From a virus (Duplodnaviria; Caudoviricetes): a stretch of DNA of 45,096 bases. A program made the position numbers and the translations under genes. Of the stretch, positions 36,644 through 43,819 are shown piece by piece. The notes under the pieces were generated by a model. The model did no database searches, was not told the DNA's origin, and worked only from the letters and a program-made list of their open reading frames with translations. Positions within the stretch are counted from its first letter, which is position 1. The number at the start of each line of letters is the position of its first letter. The stretch is taken from positions 1-45,096 of the IMG/VR virus record IMGVR_UViG_3300048852_000127, one strand, 5' to 3'.

Positions 36644-37151
36644 CCCATCCGGCAAGGGCAAGGGGCGCCAATGCTCCGGCTCCCATGCCCAATTGAAGGG
36701 CTAGAACCTTGCGCGCGTTGCTCCGTTGGCTCGCATCGATCCGGGCCTGCTGCGACTGGGTGAGATAGGCGTACATATCGGCCAAAGCCTCATCGCCACC
36801 GTCAATCCGGCCACGCACCAGCCACATCGACGGCAGACTGCCAGTGAACCCATACCGCATTGGCCAGTTCGCCCAGATAAAGCATGCCATTCCTAAAACG
36901 AGGAACGCACCAGCGACGGCAAAGGGCCAAGGTGAAAGACTTGTGACCGCATCCTTCATAATCGCAGCTGCAAGACCAAACAACGCGAGCGCGATAGTTG
37001 CGTAAGCGCTGAATAGAGTGGTTGCCTTCTGCTCAACGGACTTTTTGACCTCTAGAACATCAAGAAGATACTTCTCTGTCTGAATATGGGCCTCCTTCGC
37101 AACATTCAGATTAACCTGCTCAAGAGCGTGAATTTCATTCGGCGTCAGCAT
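36615..37151 (-). CDS. Three-TM membrane protein
   Basis: GGAG RBS, ATG37151; EQKATTL-TM1-TM2...N.RK-TM3. Confidence 0.75.
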   Translation of the reverse strand: MLTPNEIHALEQVNLNVAKEAHIQTEKYLLDVLEVKKSVEQKATTLFSAYATIALALFGLAAAIMKDAVTSLSPWPFAVAGAFLVLGMACFIWANWPMRYGFTGSLPSMWLVRGRIDGGDEALADMYAYLTQSQQARIDASQRSNARKVLALQLGMGAGALAPLALAGWATWSWYFYP

Positions 37152-37186
37152 CTCAACTCTCCACCACCCAACTATACATAATCCAC

Positions 37187-37212
37187 AGCCCGGCCCAGTG
37201 CCGGGCTTTCTT
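37187..37212 (+). terminator. Intrinsic terminator-like hairpin
   Basis: AGCCCGGC-ccagt-GCCGGGCT-TTCTT. Confidence 0.6.
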
Positions 37213-37228
37213 GTCTGTGGATTGCGGA

Positions 37229-37243
37229 GAACAATCCATGAAC
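37229..37243. promoter_or_regulatory. Alphaproteobacterial LexA box
   Basis: GAAC-AATCCAT-GAAC (GTTC-N7-GTTC on minus) in intergenic DNA. Confidence 0.65.
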
Positions 37244-37284
37244 AATCCTTCCGTACCAAATCTAGCACGTACGGAAACGATCGC

Positions 37285-37335
37285 AAGGAAATTTCCGTTT
37301 TTTGTCGTTGACATACGGATTTTTCCGTGCAGACT
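37285..37335 (+). promoter_or_regulatory. OL-like operators and early promoter
   Basis: AAGGAAATTTCCGT 37285 and ACGGATTTTTCCGT 37315 (identical to 35068) flank TTGACA at 37308. Confidence 0.85.
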
Positions 37336-37370
37336 GAACGCATCGAAACCGCTCCGACGGATTACCCCCG

Positions 37371-37481
37371 ATGCAACCCCTCTCCACCTTCCTTCTTGAA
37401 CTCGCCCGCGATGGTTTTGCCGTCGTGTTCCTGCTCGGTGTTGTCGGCCTCTGCTGTGTGGCTCTCGGTGGGAGCTACTGA
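37371..37481 (+). CDS. 36-aa single-TM protein
   Basis: MQPLSTFLLELARDGFAVVFLLGVVGLCCVALGGSY; ends 1 nt before the next ATG. Confidence 0.5.
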   Translation: MQPLSTFLLELARDGFAVVFLLGVVGLCCVALGGSY

Positions 37482-37482
37482 G

Positions 37483-37905
37483 ATGGTCTCATACGACGTC
37501 ATCAATCCGAGCGATCCGTACACCTTCGAAGCTCCTGATCTGGAGATTGCCGCCGCTGCCATCTTTCTGGTGGGCGGCGGACATTATGCGGCTGAACCCT
37601 TCGAGAAGGGTCATGACCGTGTTCCGAGCTTCCTCTTCGGGGGCTCCGACGAATGGGCCAAGGAGAAGTTCGGCACCGATCTTGAGACATGGTTCAACGG
37701 CTTGAAGGCTCGCCGCCTGCCCGAAATCTGCGCGGCGCTTGAGAGCTTTCTCTATGGCGGAAGGCTAGCTCGCGAGGACTGGCAGGGCCGCTCCACAGAA
37801 GAGCGCGCGGCCTACAACGAGCGCCACCGCACTTCCATGAACAATATCGGCAAGCGGGCCTTCTCGATTGCCGCAAGCCTCCGCTCAGAGAAGGAGGCAG
37901 CCTGA
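37483..37905 (+). CDS. Hypothetical phage protein
   Basis: INPSDPYT.EA, RTSMNNIG.RA. Confidence 0.75.
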   Translation: MVSYDVINPSDPYTFEAPDLEIAAAAIFLVGGGHYAAEPFEKGHDRVPSFLFGGSDEWAKEKFGTDLETWFNGLKARRLPEICAALESFLYGGRLAREDWQGRSTEERAAYNERHRTSMNNIGKRAFSIAASLRSEKEAA

Positions 37906-38111
37906 TGCGCCAGCGCACCATCAACTGGGCAGGCGCCATGCGCGACATGAAGCGGCACCGCACCCCTGAGCAGATGCTCGCGAGCGAGACTCTCGCCACG
38001 CTGAAGGATGCCGACAAGGCGCTTGGTCTGCTCGGCATGGGCACGGCGGATGACCTGCGCCGCCGTCTCTACGATTTGATCCGCAAGTTGGAGGCGCGCG
38101 CACATGTCTAA
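37905..38111 (+). CDS. Hypothetical protein
   Basis: GGAGG RBS; TGATG overlap. Confidence 0.65.
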   Translation: MRQRTINWAGAMRDMKRHRTPEQMLASETLATLKDADKALGLLGMGTADDLRRRLYDLIRKLEARAHV

Positions 38112-38355
38112 CGTCATCCGCTTCCCTACTCGCCTTCGTGCGATCCCATTGATCACCGTCGAACAGATCGCGGTCAGAGACGCTCTGGCTGAGAACGATC
38201 AGCCTGCCTGCCCTCATTGCGCTGGGCGCGGTGTCACGATCCGCATGATCAACCCTCGTGCCTGGTTCCCTGCTGACTACGTGTCTGAGCCCTGCCCTTG
38301 CGGCGGCACGGATGAGGATCGCATCGACCTCAACGACTTCGGAGGGGCTGCGTGA
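38104..38355 (+). CDS. Small Zn-finger-like protein
   Basis: CPHCAGRG and CPCGG. Confidence 0.7.
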   Translation: MSNVIRFPTRLRAIPLITVEQIAVRDALAENDQPACPHCAGRGVTIRMINPRAWFPADYVSEPCPCGGTDEDRIDLNDFGGAA

Positions 38356-38471
38356 TGGGCGCCTACAACACCTTAATGGGCTCCTTGGTCCTGCTGTTGG
38401 TTCTCGCCGCAGCAGCTCGAGGCCTCATCGATTGCCTGTGGCCTGTGAAGGCCGAGTACGAGGTGCGGTGA
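38355..38471 (+). CDS. 38-aa single-TM protein
   Basis: MGAYNTLMGSLVLLLVLAAAARGLIDCLWPVKAEYEVR; TGATG overlaps at both ends. Confidence 0.6.
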   Translation: MGAYNTLMGSLVLLLVLAAAARGLIDCLWPVKAEYEVR

Positions 38472-38662
38472 TGCCCCGGTTCAGCAAAGAAGAGCGCGCA
38501 CTCCTGATCGAAGTCGCCGATACGTTCGCCAGAACGACTGAGGACAGGAAGGTCAGAGGTCATCTGAACAACGCTGTCCGCAAGCTGCGTCATTCGGACG
38601 AAGCCCTCACCCGTCGCGAGGCAGAGAAGCGGAGGGGCATCCATGTCCTTCAGCAAGCCTGA
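38471..38662 (+). CDS. Hypothetical protein
   Basis: MPRFSKEERALLIE...; TGATG coupling. Confidence 0.6.
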   Translation: MPRFSKEERALLIEVADTFARTTEDRKVRGHLNNAVRKLRHSDEALTRREAEKRRGIHVLQQA

Positions 38663-38774
38663 CTGCCGTGCCTTCTGCGAGAGAGCCCAGACGATCATCC
38701 TGCTGATCGTCGGAGCCATCACGCTCACCGCCCTTGGCGTCTTGTTTCATTCCATCTGGGTTCTGCGCCCATGA
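38643..38774 (+). CDS. 43-aa single-TM protein
   Basis: GGAGG RBS; MSFSKPDCRAFCERAQTIILLIVGAITLTALGVLFHSIWVLRP. Confidence 0.55.
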   Translation: MSFSKPDCRAFCERAQTIILLIVGAITLTALGVLFHSIWVLRP

Positions 38775-38914
38775 AGCCCGTCGTCATCACTCCCCGCTGG
38801 CGAGGCCCTGAAACCAAGCGCATCGCCCGCCGCAAGATCGAAACAACCTCCCGGCTCTGCAAGGAGCTTGGTCTTCCCAAACCCGTTCTGAAGCTGCCGA
38901 AGGACAAAGCCTGA
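38771..38914 (+). CDS. 47-aa basic protein
   Basis: ATGA and TGATG overlaps; MKPVVITPRWRGPETKR... Confidence 0.55.
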   Translation: MKPVVITPRWRGPETKRIARRKIETTSRLCKELGLPKPVLKLPKDKA

Positions 38915-39171
38915 TGCCAGACTTCGATCACATGGCCTTCGGTGCCGCCGTCACCCGCATCAAGCGCGATGCCGACAAGCTCGCCCGCGATGCTCACATG
39001 GCCCGCGTCTACGCCAAGGACACAGCCCAGAGCATCGGCCAGGCCGATTACGATCTGCTCTATGCCGCTCAATGCCTTGAGCTTGCCGCCCGCGATCTGC
39101 GGCTCACCCACGCGAAAGTTCAGCAGCTCCGCGCCGATCTGAACAACCCTCACCTTATCGCAGCGGAGTAA
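38914..39171 (+). CDS. Hypothetical helical protein
   Basis: Translationally coupled; 85 aa. Confidence 0.65.
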   Translation: MPDFDHMAFGAAVTRIKRDADKLARDAHMARVYAKDTAQSIGQADYDLLYAAQCLELAARDLRLTHAKVQQLRADLNNPHLIAAE

Positions 39172-39177
39172 GCACGC

Positions 39178-39684
39178 ATGACCGCCAATCAGACCTTCTC
39201 GCAGGAGATCGCCACCGCTGCCTTTGTCGTCCAGGCACTTAAGGACGCAGGCATTACGCCGGATGATCCCGACTTCGAGGCGCTTGTCGAAAGCGAGTGC
39301 GATGCTTTGGAACGGTTACGCCGGATGCTCCGCGCTGCCCGCTGGGCTGAGGCTCAGTCCAAGGCAGTCAAAGACATGGAAGCCGAGATGAAGGAGCGCC
39401 GGCAGCGCTTCGAGAACAAGGCAGACACGCTCCGGGCCATCGCCAAACAGGCCATGCAGACGTTGGGGTTGCCGAAGCTGGAAGCGCCCGACTTCACGGC
39501 CGCTCTGACCAATACCCGTCCGAGCGTCGTGATCGAGGACGAGACGGCCATCCCCTCGCAACTCTGCAAGGTTGTCCGCTCACCCGATAAGACCGCGATC
39601 AAAGCCGCTCTTGAACAGGGAGAGGTCGTGCCTGGCGCATCGCTTTCCGCCCCGTCCCAGACCCTTACCGTTCGGGTGAAGTAA
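39178..39684 (+). CDS. Siphovirus Gp157 family protein
   Basis: SV.I.DE..IP, PDK.AIK.AL..G..VPGA.L. Confidence 0.88.
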   Translation: MTANQTFSQEIATAAFVVQALKDAGITPDDPDFEALVESECDALERLRRMLRAARWAEAQSKAVKDMEAEMKERRQRFENKADTLRAIAKQAMQTLGLPKLEAPDFTAALTNTRPSVVIEDETAIPSQLCKVVRSPDKTAIKAALEQGEVVPGASLSAPSQTLTVRVK

Positions 39685-39685
39685 G

Positions 39686-40318
39686 ATGATTGAGCACTCC
39701 CAAGACATCACAAAGCTGTCAGAAGCCCTCAACCTCGCACAGGCCGAAATGAAGGGCGTCCAGAAAGACAGCAAGAACCCGCACTTCAAGAACTCCTACG
39801 CATCACTTGAGGCAGTGATCGATACATCCAAGCCGGTCCTAAACAAGCACGGGCTTGCGTTCACTCAGGCGCCTGGCGCTCTGGTGGACGGGGCTGTCGA
39901 GATCACGACCATGCTTATGCACAACAGTGGGCAGTGGATCCGCTCGACGCTGCACATGCCGGTGGTGAAGCGCGATCCGCAGGGCGTCGGCTCTGCCATC
40001 ACCTACGGGCTGCGCTACTCACTCATGGCCGTTCTTGGTGTGCCACCGACGGACGATGACGACGGTGAGCGGGCCATGGATCGCAGCCCGCCGAGGCATG
40101 AGTCAAAGCCCCAGGCTGTCTCGCGGGCGGTCCAGACGGTGGCGGATCTCATTGCTGCTATCAAAGAGACACGTAATCACGCCGCCCTAGACGCTCTGAC
40201 GAATGAGCCGGGGAATATCAATCTGTATGAGAATGCCACAGATGCTGAGAAGATCAGCATTGCGGACGAGATCGCGGCGAAGCGTCAGTCCTTTGGCAGC
40301 GCGAGGGCCGGCCGATGA
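39686..40318 (+). CDS. ERF-family single-strand annealing protein
   Basis: KDSKNPHFKNSYASL, L.H.SGQWI, PQ..GSAITY..RYSL, DDDG. Confidence 0.93.
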   Translation: MIEHSQDITKLSEALNLAQAEMKGVQKDSKNPHFKNSYASLEAVIDTSKPVLNKHGLAFTQAPGALVDGAVEITTMLMHNSGQWIRSTLHMPVVKRDPQGVGSAITYGLRYSLMAVLGVPPTDDDDGERAMDRSPPRHESKPQAVSRAVQTVADLIAAIKETRNHAALDALTNEPGNINLYENATDAEKISIADEIAAKRQSFGSARAGR

Positions 40319-40827
40319 CGGCCCCTATCCTCTTTCAGTGGAATGGCGAGGCAATGGTCCCGCATGCTCGGTTCACCCGGGAGTGTGACGCGGCCTTCGT
40401 GGTCGGTGACGTCTACCGCCTTGCCGTTCAGGAGCACCGCTCACAGGCCTCGCACAATCACTTCTTCGCGGCCGTACAAGAAGCCTGGATGAACCTGCCT
40501 GAAGATCAGGCAGAGCGCTTCCCCACGGCTGAGCACCTCCGCAAGTATGCCCTGATACGCGCCGGCTACCGTGATGAGCGGTCAATCGTCTGCGCAAGCA
40601 AGGCAGAGGCGCAGCGTGTCGCTGCCTTCGTCAAACCGATGGACCCGTTTGCCATCGTCACCGTGTCTGAGGCTGTCGTTCGGGTCTTCACGGCTCAGAG
40701 CCAGTCTACAGCGGCCATGGGCAAGAAGGCTTTCCAGGAGAGCAAGAACAAGGTTCTTGACGTGCTGGCGGAGATGATCGGTATCCAGCCTGAGACGCTG
40801 ACTCGGAACGTCGGGAGGGCTGCCTAA
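40315..40827 (+). CDS. Conserved phage protein, possibly recombination accessory
   Basis: RS..SH.HFFA, EHLRK.ALI.AG, SQS..AM...F. Confidence 0.7.
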   Translation: MTAPILFQWNGEAMVPHARFTRECDAAFVVGDVYRLAVQEHRSQASHNHFFAAVQEAWMNLPEDQAERFPTAEHLRKYALIRAGYRDERSIVCASKAEAQRVAAFVKPMDPFAIVTVSEAVVRVFTAQSQSTAAMGKKAFQESKNKVLDVLAEMIGIQPETLTRNVGRAA

Positions 40828-41210
40828 TGGCCTTCCGCATCTGCGAAGACGTTGGCACGACGAAGCGTCGGAAGATGACGCCGAGCCGCGCCCTCAAGAT
40901 CTGGGAACAGAATAAAGGCATCTGCATCCTGTGCGGCGAGCCGATCGATGGCGCTCGAGATGACTGGTTCATCGAGCATCCGCGAGCCTTGGAGCTTGGA
41001 GGACCTGACGAGGATAGCGAGCTTGGCCCCGCCCATTGGTCTCATAAGGCTGCGAAGGACGCTGCCGATCATCGCGCCGCGGCTAGGTCGAAGCGGATCA
41101 AGCGCCGGCATCTGGGTATCAAGACTCGCAAAGGCCCGCCCATCCCCGGCAGCAAGGACTCGCCTTGGAAGCGAAAGATGGATGGCACGCTCGAGCGGAG
41201 GTCCAAATGA
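40827..41210 (+). CDS. HNH endonuclease-like protein
   Basis: CILCG, IEH..ALELGG.D, KRKMDG. Confidence 0.8.
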   Translation: MAFRICEDVGTTKRRKMTPSRALKIWEQNKGICILCGEPIDGARDDWFIEHPRALELGGPDEDSELGPAHWSHKAAKDAADHRAAARSKRIKRRHLGIKTRKGPPIPGSKDSPWKRKMDGTLERRSK

Positions 41211-41394
41211 ACTTCGCCATCAGCCCAAAAAGAAAGGCCGCAACAACACCGCGACCTGAGTTGCAGAGGACCAACTCTGCTTGGGAACGAGCCCGACTAC
41301 CAGCGAGTCGGTTCGCATCGGGAAGTCTGCGGCGTGGAAGTTAACAAATGGTTACCGCCCCTCTATGCCAAAGCCTCGTGAAAGGCAGAACGAT

Positions 41395-41709
41395 ATGACC
41401 GATTTGGTGAAACGATTGGAAGAGTTGCGAGCGTATCTTGAGACGTATCCGAAAGACCCGTTTGTCAGCCCCCGTCTCAGCAAGGCAGACCTCGACACGA
41501 TCATCTCCGCCCTGTCCTCAGGGAGAGAGATGGTGATGGTGCCGAGAGAGCCGACGCCCGAGATGCGCGAGGCCGGTATGGTCGCTGCCATGGACAACGT
41601 CGGCGGGGACGTGATCGGCACCATTGAGGTCCAAACCTGGATTACCAAAGCTGTATGGCAGGCCATGATTGCCGCCGCCCCTCTCGCCAGCAAGGAGGAG
41701 GGGGAATGA
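41395..41709 (+). CDS. Hypothetical protein
   Basis: VPREPTPEM..AG...WQAMIAAAP motif common in phage early genes. Confidence 0.7.
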   Translation: MTDLVKRLEELRAYLETYPKDPFVSPRLSKADLDTIISALSSGREMVMVPREPTPEMREAGMVAAMDNVGGDVIGTIEVQTWITKAVWQAMIAAAPLASKEEGE

Positions 41710-42050
41710 GCATTCACTTCAACACGTATGTCATGATCGGGGCGGTGTTCCCGTATTCCGCCTTCGCGGGGAAGTCTGACGAACTAGACCCATGGATGGA
41801 CAGCTACCGCGAGGGCATCAAGGGCAAGAACGGGATCACTGTTCTCTATGATGGGATGGGCGGTGGCTATGTCGCCATCGGCAAGGTTCTGGCCAAGACC
41901 CAAGATCATGAGGGCTTCTATGAGCCGGTCTTCCCCGAGGGCGATCTAAGCGCCTCCGAACTTGAGGAGTTCGGCAACGTGCTGGAACTCGCGAAAGAGC
42001 ACCTGACCGATTTTCGCATTCAGCCCTTTGTCATCAGCCACTACCGCTAG
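41706..42050 (+). CDS. Hypothetical protein
   Basis: ATGA overlap; DGM.G.Y..IG.VL. Confidence 0.7.
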   Translation: MSIHFNTYVMIGAVFPYSAFAGKSDELDPWMDSYREGIKGKNGITVLYDGMGGGYVAIGKVLAKTQDHEGFYEPVFPEGDLSASELEEFGNVLELAKEHLTDFRIQPFVISHYR

Positions 42051-42060
42051 GACTCCTCCC

Positions 42061-43023
42061 ATGACTGACACCACAGGGGATACGGCAGAGAGAGGGGAGA
42101 AGATGAAAGAGGATTATGTGACCTCCGTCGCTGACGCTCCTCGTACCGCAAGAACCGACAGTGCCCCGTCGCAGAGTCGAGGTGAGGAGTATGTGATTCG
42201 GCACAGTGGCGCGTTCTACCGCCCGAACGCGCAGGGTTACACCTACAGCCTCGCAGAGGCGTGGAGATTGCCGAAGGAAGAAGCTGAGAAGTATGTCAAT
42301 AACGACCCGCATCACACGGTGACAATTCAGGCTGTCAGCGAGATTGCTGACCGAGTTGACCAAGAGCTTGAAGCAGCGGAAGCGAAGGTAAACGCTCTCC
42401 GGAATATGCGGGCTATGCTTCACCCCATCGCTGAGACTCAGTCCGAAAACACGGCGAAGAGGAGCGCAGCGACGGATGTCACCCCTAATCCCTCCTCTGC
42501 CAAGCAGACAGGGGGCGGGGAAGAGACAGAGTTAGACGCCCTCTTGAGGGCACACGCCGACTATTACGCGGGCTTTGCGAAGGCTCGCGGTATCGCGACA
42601 CTCGCCTCCCGCCAGCCTGAGAGCTTGAACGAAGCGGAGGGTCGTCTCGGCAAGGTTGCCGAGGCTCTCCGCAGTTATGAGCAGGCCGACGAAGACGGCG
42701 TGATGGTCCTTGCATCACGGCAGGCGTGCGAAGAGGGCGCTGCGCTCCTCCTCACCCTCTCCCAGAAGGTGAAGGATCTGACTGCCGAGCGGGATGAGGC
42801 ACTGAAGGCACTTGATGAAAATTGGGTGCAGCACCAACGCATTGCTCGCGCTGAAGCCGCCCTCCAATCCTCCCGAGCCCAAGTAGCCGCGCTGACGGCT
42901 GTGCTGGAGGATGCAAGGCGCGATCTTCTAACGCTTGCTCATGGTGAGAGAGACTTAGCCCCGGCGGTCGAACGCATCGACGCCGCTCTCTCCGCTCTCA
43001 AAACGGAGGCTGATCGTGACTGA
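42061..43023 (+). CDS. Mosaic hypothetical protein with coiled coils
   Basis: FYRPN..GYT, QADEDG.MV..SRQA; low-complexity linkers. Confidence 0.6.
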   Translation: MTDTTGDTAERGEKMKEDYVTSVADAPRTARTDSAPSQSRGEEYVIRHSGAFYRPNAQGYTYSLAEAWRLPKEEAEKYVNNDPHHTVTIQAVSEIADRVDQELEAAEAKVNALRNMRAMLHPIAETQSENTAKRSAATDVTPNPSSAKQTGGGEETELDALLRAHADYYAGFAKARGIATLASRQPESLNEAEGRLGKVAEALRSYEQADEDGVMVLASRQACEEGAALLLTLSQKVKDLTAERDEALKALDENWVQHQRIARAEAALQSSRAQVAALTAVLEDARRDLLTLAHGERDLAPAVERIDAALSALKTEADRD

Positions 43024-43228
43024 CCTCCAGCACATCAAGCAACGGGTAGAGGGGGCGGCATCCTGCCCATGTTGCCAAGGCAACGGCGAGATCGTCACAG
43101 ATTGGGAGCGATACCTCCATCCGCATAAGGGCGATGTAGGCGACGAGGCAGTAGCCGAATGCCCAGACTGCGACGGGACCGGCCTCACCGCCCTCCAGTC
43201 CACTCAGGCCAAGGGAGAGGGGGAATGA
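43016..43228 (+). CDS. Small Zn-finger protein
   Basis: CPCCQGNG and CPDCDGTG. Confidence 0.65.
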   Translation: MTDLQHIKQRVEGAASCPCCQGNGEIVTDWERYLHPHKGDVGDEAVAECPDCDGTGLTALQSTQAKGEGE

Positions 43229-43473
43229 GGAAGCTGTCCGATGCTCAAATGCGGATGCTCGCGAGCGCGCCGGAGGACTGGCAGCTTGAGCCGCTCCATG
43301 GCGATAGCCGCCCACGCGACCCACTGTTGCGCCACGGGCTTATCGAGAGACGCAGCCTTGATGTGACACCGCCATCGTGGGGTGACGGTCCAGTCCGCAT
43401 GACGCGCACCGAATGGCGGATCACTGAGGCGGGTAAGTCCATTCTCACCGCCCCCCCCTCCCAACAGGCCTAA
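43225..43473 (+). CDS. Small winged-helix-like protein
   Basis: KLSDAQ..ML, L.RHGLIE, WRITEAG. Confidence 0.65.
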   Translation: MRKLSDAQMRMLASAPEDWQLEPLHGDSRPRDPLLRHGLIERRSLDVTPPSWGDGPVRMTRTEWRITEAGKSILTAPPSQQA

Positions 43474-43561
43474 CCCATGATCCCCAACCCATTGAATGAA
43501 AAGACATGGGCCCGTTCAAGCGGAACCATTCGGGGAATTGCTACGGTCATGGAGAGATGAG

Positions 43562-43819
43562 ATGGGACGGCCCGTTTCATATCCGCCAGGGGCTTGGCCC
43601 CTGGAGATGAGAGCCGAGACGGCTGCCGCGTTTTGTGACGAGCCGAGCGTCGAGGCATTCCTGAAGAAGGTCAGCCGCGGCGTGTACTGCCAGCCACGAA
43701 GTGAACGCGGTAGCTTACCCAAATGGCACCGTTTGAAGCTGGAAGAGACTATCGCACGTCGCCACGGACTGCGGCAGGATGGGTCTGAGGTTGTTGAGAA
43801 CGCGGAAGATCTGATCTGA
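43562..43819 (+). CDS. Excisionase-like HTH protein
   Basis: WP.EM.AETAAAF.DE.S..AF...V..G.Y..P; coupled to the integrase. Confidence 0.75.
   Translation: MGRPVSYPPGAWPLEMRAETAAAFCDEPSVEAFLKKVSRGVYCQPRSERGSLPKWHRLKLEETIARRHGLRQDGSEVVENAEDLI

Noticed and set aside
41207-41344. 45-aa ORF coupled to the HNH gene
   Set aside because: It has an ATGA overlap but no motif or other support; left uncalled.
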